This document shows positions 26,401-37,895 of a stretch of DNA of 64,000 nucleotides, piece after piece. Numbering within the stretch: the stretch's first letter is position 1; the number at the start of each line of letters is the position of its first letter. Made by a program: the position numbers and the translations under genes. The DNA lies in contig OZ025649.1 of assembly GCA_964019335.1 (NCBI GenBank), forward strand, positions 936,810-1,000,809. The letters are read 5' to 3'. The notes below the pieces were generated by a model. The model made no database searches. It saw only the letters and a list, made by a program, of their open reading frames with translations, and was not told where the DNA came from. Origin of the DNA: Diplonema japonicum. Lineage: Eukaryota > Protista > Euglenozoa: Diplonemea.

Positions 26401-29400
26401 CTTTGCGCCAGGGCTATTCTCCTTCCAGTGGGCAGCTATCAGTTAGTTTTTGGGTAAACGCGCTTTGGACTGGGTACCAAGGTGAGGTACTGAGGAACTC
26501 CGTAACTCGAATTGTTTGTGAGACACGTGCCTGTGACTTGGTATCCGCAGGGTCGGTATTGACTGTCGTGGGCAACGTTTCACAGGACGTATGCAAAGAT
26601 CTGTGCATGAGTGATACTAGGTGCAGGGTGGCGACGTGGACACAGGGACTTGGAAGGATGTGTACTCTTGGTGAGTACTTAACGAGTTCGCCTCGTATCT
26701 TTCGAGAGCCCGTACAAGGGGCTGCCTATGTAAAGAGAGGTGGTGAGATGGTTACCAGTTGTAGAACATCAGGTAAGCGGTGCAACCTGTTGCCGCATTC
26801 AGGACAGGACAGTATTGTCATTTCAGACGTGTCTCTGTCTGAGTGTAGGTCTAAGTGCACCGAGCACAGGTGTCAGGTGGGCCAGTGGTCTGCATCTGTC
26901 TGCACATTATCTCCTTCCATGGCATCCGAGCCTCGGTATAGTAGCGGTGAGGTGGTTACTTTTGAAGCAGATTTGCACCCGTCATTCGGTGCAGTTGTGT
27001 TCAGTACCGGGTGTGAGGGACAAGAGCTACGAGTTGGTACGGCCTTCGGAAAGGTATGCTGGGCTTCAATGGATACCACACAACCAGCAGCTTACGTTGG
27101 GGTTACGAAGTAACAGGTCGGAGGCCAGCAGGGGTGCCGTTCTACGATACGAGGAGTCACTTCTTCAGCACGCCAGGTGGCATCACGTGGTATGTTAACA
27201 TTGGTTACCCATGTACATCATTATATCAGGTCTTTGTGCACCATACGTCACGGGCTTCAATCTTCATTGACGGCAGTTTCATAGAAGCTGAGGATTTCAG
27301 GAACTTGGACTCCTTGTTACCAGGGACGTGGCCGTCTTTAGCTTGGTGCGAAGACGCAGAATGGTTGGTCGGAAGCCCAGAGGTGGAGGTCTTGTTCGAT
27401 GATGTGGCGGTATGGAACAGGGCACTGGAGGACTCGGAGGCTATTGAAGTTTATAGAAGGACTGTGGGGTGGGCAGGGCTGTCACCCTCGGTGTGGCACC
27501 ATATCGTGTGGACCATGGACAGAGGCTTGCAGACTTGGTACGTGGATGGTGTTATGAACAAGACATGTGGCTACATCGGAGGCGGTCGTGTGGTGGGTAA
27601 GGGTTCACTGAGGCTTGGTAGCGGTGGGGCAGGACAGTTGCATGGCAATGTGGATGATCTAAAGCTGTTCTCAAGAGTACTTACGGGTGAGGAGATACAG
27701 AGTCTCGCCCTTGGCAGGGCTGCTGTTTCCGAGAAGAGGAAAACAGCACTTTCCCCGCCGCCTTACGACGTCTCAGATTGGGTTTCTGACCCCCCATCTG
27801 GTGGGAATAATATTCAGGTAGCACATGGTACTTGCTCTGGCTGTTCGAGAGACTGCTCAGACTTGTGTCATGAGTCTCTGTACTCCTTCGATGCGGGTGG
27901 CAAGGTGGTTGTCGATGAGTCAGGCAACGGGAGGCATGCATACTTAGATGGTCTCGAAGTGGGAGCTGGTGTTTTTGGCACCAGTTCTGTGAGGGTATGT
28001 TTATGTCTACCATATTATAAACTTAGGATCGTGGTGGTGGGTCTGTTGTGCTATCTGGTCCTGCCTACAGGGGCCTATGGGGTACGCAGCTCTCGCAGTC
28101 AGCAAAGGTGTCATTCATGGCATGGGTGATGCCTTTAGCAATGGTATATTGTGATTCGTTTTTCTTCTGAACACCTTCAGGACACTGGCACAATTTTATC
28201 GATAAGTCCATCGGGTCACGAAGGAGTAAACAGTTCGCATACACTGTGGCAGGATGGTGGTGCTCTGTGTTCAGGGGTTCACGCGGCGAGCTGTTGTACA
28301 GAAGACATTCTGATACCACAGCAGTGGCAACACATTGCTATGAGCACAGCACTGGACAAGGGGTCTCTCGTCCTTTATCACAACGGTGTTCTGGCTGCAA
28401 GATGCAGGACTCTCGAAGGACTGGTCTCGCTTCCGGCTGATCCGTACGTGTCACTCTTCACCAGCGTGAAGGGCACAGGAGCAGGTTTTCTTGGCAGTCG
28501 GGAGTCTTTTAGCGGAAGTATTGACGATGCGCGTCTCTCTTCTGCTGAGTATTCGGATGATGCAGTGCTACACGTGTACCTTTCTACTTGTGACGACTGT
28601 GGTACGTGTGCTGAGGTGAGCAGAACTGTTCTCTCTCCTTCTGATGACGTAACGCTGTTTGGTGGCCCCGCTGTCGCTTTACGGTCGCGAACCATTAAAT
28701 GTACAAGTGACATCACTTCTGCTGAGGTGCTGATTAGCTCTTTCATACGAGACGGGGCTGTGTCCCTCAGTGTTCCGTTTGTCGGTCCTAGTTGCAGTGT
28801 GTTGTGTAACACGTCATCTGGGGTTCATCTTTTAGGTTGTGGTTTTTATAAGTCTTCCTTGAGCTATGTGGGAGATGGATGGTTTCATTGCGTGGCAAGA
28901 CTCGCATCTCAGAAGAAGGGCAGGGCGACTGTCACCGTTGTGGTGCCCGATACAGTAGTTCTTGGTGCCTTCCAATACTCGGATGCATCATCTTGTGGTG
29001 ATGCTAAGATTAGCTATCCGGCAGAGTTATGTGATCCGCTGTTCCCAGGGAGCAGCCGGTGCTTGCCGGACCTGTGCACCATCGAATCCAACCCTCACAT
29101 CACCGATGTCCATTTCCAGCACGTGAGTCATTTACAGACTGCCGGTACTCATTTACAGATAGTGGCTCTGCCCTCTCTGTTGTCAAGAGGCATCAAGGTT
29201 TTCATCTCAAACATGTTCAATTGTAGTGACGTTGACAGTCATCGTGTTGCTGTTTTCGACACTCGCGGCATTGCAGAGATACCTTCTACTGATGCTGTAT
29301 TTAGCACTACTGATCGGGGTACAGGTTATATATGTGGTCAGGTGTTCCCAATCACTGATCATCATGCTTACGGGGTATTGAAGAGAATGGCCCTTTATCC

Positions 29401-30313
29401 TTGCACGGGCCCGTGCTTGCAGGGCGGTACGTGTGACATCACCTCTGGTACTTGCGTTTGCCCCTTCGGCTTCACAGGCCCTTCTTGCGATAAGATAGTT
29501 GACGGCTGCGCTATTGCCCCTGATGATGCATTCTGTCGTCAAGAAGGGGTTTTCGGTTTCACTTCCGTCTTGTCTATGGGGGGCTTTCCTACAGCCCATG
29601 AGTTATACCGAGTGGACCCTTGCGTCAGCCCTGTGTGCGAGATGGCGGGAGGGTCTTGCCACGCTCCTGGCATATGTGCGTGTCCCGAGGGCTTTCAGCC
29701 GCCGCATTGTCTGGGGTGTGTTGCAGGCAGAACAGGAGTTCTGTGCGATCAGTACTTGTGTACAAGGTACTGCGAGCATGGAGAATGCCGTGTCTCTAGC
29801 AATGGTGTCTCGCAGAGGTGCATCTGTTCAGAAGGCTGGAGGGGAGATGATTGTTCCCGGCCGCACGCGTTTTTCAAAGGCTTGAACGAAAGTGAGAGCA
29901 TTATTGTGTCGGAAGACGGCATGCAGATCACCTCATTGTCTCCCTTGTTGCGAGTGGTAATTGCTTTCCCACTTGACGATGATTTAGTCTTTGACTTTTC
30001 AGCATCTATCAGTGTCGGGTCTAGGGTGGGTCTGTGCAGAGCGGGCAGTCAGTCGGTAGTTGGGGGTGACGCCTCGAGCTGGGGCATCGAGGTACTCAAG
30101 AACGGTACATTACTGGCGTGTACTCATGGCAGCTGTTCAGCGCTCAGTGAGGGGTATGGAGCTAGGACATACACTATCCAGTTGGATACCTCATTTGTGA
30201 TGTCTGTACGTAGTGGGCAGCATGCGATGCATGTGTTCGGTTCTGTTTGTACAGAGCAGGACTGTGTAGGATGTGCATCGCTTTCTAGCGGTGCCTTTAT
30301 TTTGGTTCATTAA
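17433..30313 (+). CDS. Giant (~4,244 aa) secreted multidomain protein: NHL-like beta-propeller, about 11 LamG/pentraxin-like domains, 4 PAN/Apple domains, EGF repeats, C-terminal SPRY-like domain
   Basis: Exons 17433-27053, 27091-27189, 27230-27994, 28027-28143, 28181-30313, joined by four phase-0 GTAT..AG introns that rebuild LamG motifs (WHHV|VFV). Repeated FTxxxWV, WxHVxxxW and DxRxYxxxL motifs; CxxxC..C..C PAN motifs; CxCPxGFTGxxC EGF motifs. Confidence 0.85.
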
Positions 30314-30396
30314 GGTTAGGTTGTCAGGCTGGGGTTTTATTCGCCTTCCTTGTCACAGTCATCTCTTCTAGGTTGCTATCTATTAAACGAATTAAG

Positions 30397-31495
30397 ATGT
30401 TTTCGGGTCACTTCAGAAGGTCTGCTGGGAGGTTCGCGAGATGGTCCTCTTCTGCTGTTGCGGAGCCTGCGGCGAAGGCGAAGACGAGGGGTGGGGGCAA
30501 CTCTGTGATGGTATGTTGTATCATGTGCTTACTCATTGTCACAGATCAGTGTTGTTGGTGCGGTCGGTACCGCTGCTGCGGCTTACACATGGATGAAGCT
30601 CACGAGCTACGGCGACGAGGAGTGGAGTATCAGAGCGAAGGCAGCTGAACGTACAGCTCAGGTGAAGAGGGCCGATCCGGTTGGGCTGGGTAAGGAGATT
30701 GCTGACTACTTAAGGTTTACCGAGCCTGAGGCGAGCCCTAACCTGGTAGAGTTGGGAACCAAGCTCTGTGTCTGTGGTTACAGTGACGAGCTTGCCAAGC
30801 ACGAGAAGTTCCATATCATCGCCAAGTTCAAGGTATGCATGCATTGAGGTTGTTCACCACAAGCAGGAGGACAACAAGGTGATGAGTTGGGCTGACTTAG
30901 GTGCCTTTGTTGCTTACCACGCCCTTCTTGAGATGGGAGCGCCTCTCGTCAGCATGACCCCCTTCTTTGGTCGGTCCGAGTCTCAGGCCAAGAGTGTGGC
31001 TTCTCATTACAAGCCTATCCCTGATGCTAATGCCACTTATGATGACCTCGTGCAGTGGGGCAAGCAGTTCGACTTGGGTGTGCCTGAGGTATTGTTTCCT
31101 TTTCATTGGTATCTTCACAGACTATTGCGGTGTTGGGTGGGCAGAGCTCTGGCAGCGCGCTGTTCGCTTCGGGGTCTGACATGGAGCTCTCGCATCATTA
31201 CTACACCAACATCCTGAAGGCGGATGCGGAGGGGGACGCCAACCGCTTGATGTATGGCAAGGCGCTCATGGGTGACGAGTACGGGCGCAAGTGTTGCATG
31301 GTGTTTGCTGGTGATGAGCTCTACTGGAACAGGTACTTCGTCGACGGTCTGAACAAAATCCTCCTCCACAAGTGGACGAACCTCAGGGAGCTCCCCACTC
31401 GCATGCTCGGCACCACGACTGATGCTGCTTGGGCGACTAGGCAGAAGATGGTCTATGGAGTGCAGCACGACTACACCGGGTCCACTACCAGGTAG
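30397..31495 (+). CDS. Class I heme peroxidase (APX/CCP)-fold protein lacking catalytic and heme ligands; mitochondrial presequence plus one TM helix; 4 exons
   Basis: MSWADL..VAYHALLEMGAP..FFGR..IPDA, HYY..IL, KALMGD..FAGDE match the APX/CCP scaffold. RLAWH is replaced by ELGTK and GAHTLG by GGQSSG. Confidence 0.72.
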
Positions 31496-32154
31496 ACAGG
31501 TGCATAGGTTTTACGTGTCCTTTATATCCTAACTTCCTCTTCTAGCCTCATATACTACGATGTCAATGTTGTCTGTTTTCTAAGGCGCGCGTCCCTGATG
31601 CGCTGCGTTACAATTCAGGCGGAAAGGATAGTGGAGACATGCATGAGAGTCTTCGCTCCAGTGAAACAAGAAGGTAAGCTGAAAGAACAGCAAAAGAAGA
31701 AAGAAGAATAAATTGACAGAATTGATTTTGTTCCCTCCCTCCTTTTTATTTTTTTTGCTTTACATTTTCCTTTTGTTCTCTTTTTTTTTTAAGCGGATTC
31801 TTTATTACGGGCTTTCTTTTTTGGCTTTATGGTGTCAATCAGCTACTTTCGAAGTGTTGTTCTGATTCTTGTTTTCCTTGCAGAATACATAACGGTAAGT
31901 CTTATTGTTTGGGGATAAAAGGAAAACTAGCTTTTGAAAAGATTGTAGTGCACAGAAAAGATATTATAGGGACCCCTTGCCGCCTCTCGTGAGCGCCTAC
32001 CTGGAGCTGATTAAGGCTATGGATGGCTGACGAAGCGACATGTCCCCTTTGTGTCCAAAAATGTGATTTCTAAGGACGACATGGCCCTTCACCTCTCTAC
32101 GTGTTTTTGTTTGTTTCTTTCCTTCTTTTTGTAGGCATTAACAGGAAGTGCGAT

Positions 32155-32962
32155 ATGTCTTTCTTCAGCAGAGCACGTATTGGGGTGGCTTTTCTTGCCG
32201 GCGGCATTGCCTACAAAACAGGCAGTGTGTCGAACACTCTGGCTGAGCAGAAGCACACCACCCAGTACGCTGTGAATGCGGAGAACTCCATCTGCGCATT
32301 GGACATCTCGATCGGTGGTAAGCCAGCAGGCAGGGTGGAGGTAGAGCTCTTCGACGACACTGTGCCGAAGACCTCGAAGAACTTCCGCATCCTCTGCAGC
32401 GGGAGGTACAAGGAGTGGGCGGGCGATTCCGACAAGGGGTCGTCTTCCTGGCTTTTCGGTGGCGGCTCTCCAGCCCCTGTTACATACAGCATGAGTGTGA
32501 TACACCGTGTCATCCCGCGGTTCATGATGCAAGCTGGCGATTTCACCAACGGGAACGGGACTGGTGGAAGGAGCATCTACGGCCCGAAGTTCCCTGACGA
32601 GAGCTTCAGCGGCAAGGCTGGGAAGCACTTTGCAGGGTATGCTACACACTGTTGAATAACTTAACACAGGTGCCTTTCGATGGCTAACTCAGGCCCCAAC
32701 ACAAACGGGTCGCAGTTCTTCATCACCTTCGACAGGACTACATGGCTGGACGGCAAGCATGTGGTGTTCGGGCAGGTGCTAAGCGGAATGGACATTGTCA
32801 ACAGCGTGGAAAAGGTTGGGAGCAGATCAGGCGCGACGCGTGAAGATTGCATGGTATGCAACACGCCTAACAACCACTCCATAGGTCACCAACGCTTGTG
32901 TGCTGAAGAAGCCAAGCGGGGCGCTAGAAGAGTTGGCCTCTGATGAGGCTTATCGGTGTTAG
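32155..32962 (+). CDS. Cyclophilin-type peptidyl-prolyl isomerase with possible mitochondrial presequence; 3 exons
   Basis: [70 protein letters not shown]. Confidence 0.95.
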
Positions 32963-33032
32963 TAGTGGGGTCTTGTGGGTTTATAGTAGGTCTGAATGTT
33001 ACGATCACGTCCTATCTCAGTTAGCAAGAAAG

Positions 33033-34378
33033 ATGGTATTGCGATGCGCATTGAGACGGTACACGCAAGAGAGCGCCTCACGGGCAAAGGCAGAGATTGA
33101 CAATTATTTTTCTATACTGGAGAAGTGGAGCGATCCTTGGACTCCTTGTCTGACGGAGTTCCCTCCAACAGTGCGAGAGCTGGAAGGGTCTGTTGACTGG
33201 TCGGTTAACGGGAATAACGTGATCGATGCGTGTAATGCTTTGATTATGCCGAAGGAACGTTGGCAGGAGGCCATGGATGTGCGGGAGAGGATCGAGAGCA
33301 CTCTGAAGAAGGTATTGTAGTTTCATTCACTTTAGCATCACGCAGGTAATGACAGAACAGAATCTACAGCTATTTACTTTTGGGTCCTGCATGAGCGGCC
33401 TTGGCACAGCACAGTCTGACCTTGACCTTGTGATCATGCGGTGCGACAAGACGGGAAGGAGTTTGAACGCAAACAACAGAGAGGTATGTGACATGCATAG
33501 CAACTACTTTGGTAACACTAGGAGCAAGTAAGCCACCTTGATGACTACTACAAGATGCTCAGCAATAATGGATTCGATAACATGAGGGTGATCTCGGCAC
33601 GCGTGCCTATTCTACGCAGGGAGGGTCCAACTGGAATCAATTTCGACATTAGTTTATTTTTCCACGGTGTGAGGAACAGCCTGCTGCTTAGGGAGTACGC
33701 AAGGGTATGCGACGTTACGAGCACGCAACGTACACTCACAGAGCTGCCCGTTTTTCATGCCCATGTCTGTCGTCCTTCGCGAGTGGGGAAAGCACATTGG
33801 CATCTGCAACTCGTTGACGGGCTTCTTAACTCCGTACTGTCTCAACATCATGATCATCAAATACCTTGTTGAGGAGGCGTCGAACGACTTCATGGTTCCC
33901 ATCCCGCCTCTCCTCCCACCCAGCTACTACCCTACTTCGCCTTCTCAGTATCTCCCACCGCCCCGTGAGATGCAGCGGCGGGAAAAGATGTTCGTCAAGG
34001 ACCTTGGGATGCATATCGCAGGTTTCTTGCGATACTTTGCATGCTACCATTGGATGGAGAAGGTGATAAGCGCAGGCGATCCAACCAACGACTCCAGACA
34101 AGGCAACCCCTTGTGGGAGGGGAATCAGTCAGATGTTATCATTGAGGAGATGTTCTCACAGCAGGACAAATCACTCCCTATTCCCAACATGGGACACAAG
34201 GTTTGCCACCCTCACTTATTAGTCAGCACAGGTTGATGCTATGAGGCTTTTGGCGATTCGTGAAAAGCTCATCTTCTCTTACTTCCATGTCGTTCATCAC
34301 AACCACCTTCCACGTTTTCCAGAGGACCGGTCGTCGCCACGCTGGCTCCCCATGGTAGATAAGGCGGGATCGATCTAA
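33033..34378 (+). CDS. Terminal nucleotidyltransferase (TUTase; Cid1/TUT4/RET2-like), likely mitochondrial; 5 exons
   Basis: FGSCMSGLGTAQSDLDL, ARVPIL, FDIS..GVRNSLLLREY, LREWGK..GFLTPYCLNIMIIKYL; presequence MVLRCALRRY. Confidence 0.85.
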
Positions 34379-34489
34379 GAAGACACAAGTTATGTGATTC
34401 GCCAGGGCATGGCTGTTCCTAGATCTTTTCGATGGCTAGAGCTAGTGTAGACTCTTCCTTACATACCCCCAGTTGAATTCATCAAGGAA

Positions 34490-36124
34490 ATGGAAGATGG
34501 GGTCGTCGCGGTGCCGTACTATGAGACAAGGGGTGGAGAGGAGGTAGTGCTGGTGAAGGTGCCAGCGGGCATAGCCACGCGTAGTGCATTCAGCAGCGTT
34601 ACAAGGGACGTGGTGCGTTCGTTGAGCAGGATTGTGGACATATGTCTCGGTCCCGACGGAATGATGCGGGCAACAATGGACATGACAGGGCAGGTGGGTT
34701 TCTCGTCGTCGGGTTCGAGGCTGCTATCGAAGACACGCAGCACGCACCCCATTACAACCCTGGTGATGCAAAGCTTGCAGAGGTACGAAGGAGAGAGGGG
34801 TGACGGCACAATTACGTGGGTCATGCTGCTCAGCTTGCTGATAGATGGCCTTAAGGACAAGGATATACAACGCAGAGATATTCTGGCATTTCAGAAGCAG
34901 ATTCCAGAGGCTATAGACACAGTTATGCGCCGACACAGAGTGCTCATGACCGAGGGCGATGTCATTGCCAACACTGTTGAGAGTGTGGTGTCGACTTGCT
35001 GCACAGGCCAGGCTGCAGATGTTATCATCAACTTGGTGGTGAGTTACTTCAAGAAGCGAGGCAAGGTGCATGGCGACTGGAACATCGTGAAGGTTGATGG
35101 CGCGCCTTTGGCTCAGTCCTGTGTACTGAGCGGCGTTGTATTCAAGGGTTCCTTAAAACACCCTCAGCTCCCTAGGGCAGTCGCTGACACGGGTGTTTTG
35201 CTGCTCTCTCACCATTCACTCTTCAGTAACACAGAAGAGGAGGCTATCAGTTACGAGATGACTGGTGCTGAGTTGTCTGTTGGTGCAGAGAGGGTGAATG
35301 CTGCTCTCCATCAGTTTACAGAGACCCTCTTCTCCAGAGGTATCAGGGCTGTCTTCACATCGGGTATTTTACCGTACAGCATGGCATCTGAATGCGCTAG
35401 GCGGGGGGTGTTCATGTGCGACGGGATCGACAGGAAGGACATAACCCTTCTATCTGATGCTCTTGGTGTACCTGTTGTAGCACCTTTCTCCGTGTTATTC
35501 GACAATATTGGCACAGAAGACTATGCCTACGCCAGCAGGATTGAGTGTTTGAATAAAGGCATGGTACGGGTTCACTGTTCGAAGAGTACTGAATGCTCTA
35601 TTATCATGACAGCACCCAGTTCAGGTCTTTCAGCAGATTACTGCGAGCTTGTTGACAGGTGCATACGATGTGTGCAGTTTGCTGTGAGAGACAGGTCTGG
35701 TGAGCAGGTGGAGGTAATAGGGTCTGCAGGACAGGATTTATTGATAGCGGCAAAGGCTGTCAGAAACATGTTCCCCTCAGTACTAGGTTGTGCTCTTGCT
35801 GATTCTCTACAGGGGGTTGTTGTGTGTCTTCTTTCTAATACTTTAGGGAGCAAGCATGAGGCCGTCCACATGATGCTTCGGGCCTCTGATGCTTCTCTTG
35901 GTGCTGTCTCGACTATCCATGTCCTTCATAAGCTACACGCCGCAGGGTCTCACTGCGAGGTCCTTGCTCCGGCAGAGGTAGGACTCATTCACCCCCTCTC
36001 GGCAGCCGGCCATCTCATCTCTTCTGTCCTTGATACCTTCTCTTTTTTAAGCAAGGTTGACATGCTTACACCATCAAAGTTACTTGCAGGGTCTTCTCGT
36101 GTCCAGCAGGTGGGTCTGGTCTAG
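34490..36124 (+). CDS. BBS10: Group II chaperonin-like protein, BBS10-like
   Basis: CLGPDG..TGQVGFSSSGSRLL..HPITTLV..GDGTITWVMLL follows BBS10 (GPEG..GEVLLSRNGGRLL..HPIA..GDGAKTF) rather than canonical CCT GDGTT; intronless. Confidence 0.65.
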   Translation: MEDGVVAVPYYETRGGEEVVLVKVPAGIATRSAFSSVTRDVVRSLSRIVDICLGPDGMMRATMDMTGQVGFSSSGSRLLSKTRSTHPITTLVMQSLQRYEGERGDGTITWVMLLSLLIDGLKDKDIQRRDILAFQKQIPEAIDTVMRRHRVLMTEGDVIANTVESVVSTCCTGQAADVIINLVVSYFKKRGKVHGDWNIVKVDGAPLAQSCVLSGVVFKGSLKHPQLPRAVADTGVLLLSHHSLFSNTEEEAISYEMTGAELSVGAERVNAALHQFTETLFSRGIRAVFTSGILPYSMASECARRGVFMCDGIDRKDITLLSDALGVPVVAPFSVLFDNIGTEDYAYASRIECLNKGMVRVHCSKSTECSIIMTAPSSGLSADYCELVDRCIRCVQFAVRDRSGEQVEVIGSAGQDLLIAAKAVRNMFPSVLGCALADSLQGVVVCLLSNTLGSKHEAVHMMLRASDASLGAVSTIHVLHKLHAAGSHCEVLAPAEVGLIHPLSAAGHLISSVLDTFSFLSKVDMLTPSKLLAGSSRVQQVGLV

Positions 36125-36185
36125 TGGGTATTGATTCACGGTGTACCTCGTTTTTATCCGCCCATCAGGATTAGTTAAAAGTAAG

Positions 36186-37794
36186 ATGACTGCCGAAAAG
36201 GTAATTGAGATCCAGCAGGACATTAAGGTATCCCTCTCTCACTTAGCTTCATCACCCAACAGCACAAGGCGGAAGACTACCGTGCCTTCCTCGATGATCT
36301 TAAAATATGGGAGAATGACATCAAAAAAAAGGATACTTCCGTTTGTAAAAAGAGTAAGGTATGTGGGGCAGGACCACAGTTAGTCAAACAGATTGAAGCT
36401 GATTACCCCCCTGTAAGGGGTACCGTTAACGAGGATGTGCTCCTCAAGCAGGAGGAGAGCAGACAGAGGGATGACCCTGTGCTACGGGAGAAGGCCCTAG
36501 GGAACGAGTTCTTCAAGAAGGGGAAGTACAACGAAGCAATTAAACACTACTCGAAGGGCATCGGGTGCGATCCTGATGATTCCAACGTGCATCTTCTGTA
36601 CGCTAACAGGTATTCCGCATTGTTTTTTATCACCACCCCATAGAGCGATGGCTAGTTTGAAACTCGAGAAGTGGGCGGATGCCGAAGATGATGCCACGAA
36701 GTGCGTCCAGAGCAACCGGACCTACACAAAGGGGTTCTTTAGGCGGGCACTTGCACGGAAGGGGTCAGGGAAGCTCAAGGAGGCTATCACGGATCTTAAT
36801 ACGGTATACACGCACTTGTCTATTTTATCTTGTATCCTACAGGTACTGGTTCTCGAACCGGAGAATAAGGAGGCGAGGCAATTGATTGCACAGATGCAAG
36901 CAGATGTGAAGAAGCAGGAGAAGGTATGTGTATGCTAGGGTCGGTGCATTTTCCGCAGGTAGAAGCACCACCCGTGCAGAGGAGGAAGCTGCAGATTGAA
37001 GAGGTCGATGACGATGACGATGATGACGAGGAGGATGAGGTAGACATACCTATCAGGCGCAAGGAGACAACTACTACACCTGCGGTTCCAACTCTAGTGC
37101 CTGAAGCAAAGGCGGCAGTCAAGGCAGCACCTCAGCATGTTGATCCGTCGTCTGGTGTCGAAATTCTGGATGACGACACCGAGGAGCGAGGGAAGTCCCT
37201 TCTGGCAGCCTCTACAACACCACCCGCGTCCTCTAATGCTGCAGCACCTGCGCCAGCACCCACCGCCCAGAGGCCCCAGCCCACCACAAAAGAGTCCAGT
37301 CCGAGGGGTTCGGGCAAGGGCATTGTCCCTCGTGAGGAGGCTATTTCTGCGGCGAAGGTATGCTAAGATGTCACAACGATTTACACTCACAGAAATACCT
37401 CGAAGAAGGGCAGAGGGAGGTTCCCAAGACTTTTCTTCAGTTTGAGCGCACATGGAACACCCTCAAGGAGGCTGAGAGACCAGGTTACCTGTATAACATC
37501 CCAACAGAGAGGCTCTGTGATTTCTTCAAGTCCAACATCACAGAGGACATCCTAGGCGATGTGGTGTCGGTGATCCACAGCACTGTGACAGCTAACACAC
37601 AGGAGAACAACAACAAGGTTTTTAGTATCCTTCGCCAGTTGTCTATCCTTGACAGGCTCTCTGCTCTTCTGCTGTTCCTTGATGACTCTGTAACAGTGCA
37701 GCTGAGAGCCATTCCGAAGCTCTTGGCCGGGAAGGTCCCCGATGCAGACCTGAGGAGAGTGGCCAGCAATCTTAACAAGAGGATTGACGAGTAG
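36186..37794 (+). CDS. RPAP3: RPAP3-like TPR co-chaperone (R2TP); 7 exons
   Basis: N-terminus MTAEKVIEIQQDIK..FLDDLKIWENDIKKKD; TPR clamp KALGNEFFKKGKYNEAI; RRKLQIEEV; RPAP3_C-like PKTFLQFERTW. Confidence 0.85.
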
Positions 37795-37895
37795 ATAGCA
37801 TTTCAGCTTGATGCTCAACCTTAATATGATTTAAACTTAAACTTCGTTTATTGTTGTTGGCATTACAGCATGATTTTTCCAGTTCGCACACACAA

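Noticed and set aside
27053-28181. Apparent frameshifts or programmed ribosomal frameshifting between overlapping ORFs, here and in many other genes
   Set aside because: Each frame change examined is resolved by a canonical short GT-AG intron that restores conserved motifs.
17433-30313. Teneurin ortholog
   Set aside because: Has NHL-like and EGF repeats but no YD/RHS repeats or type II TM segment, and the domain order differs.
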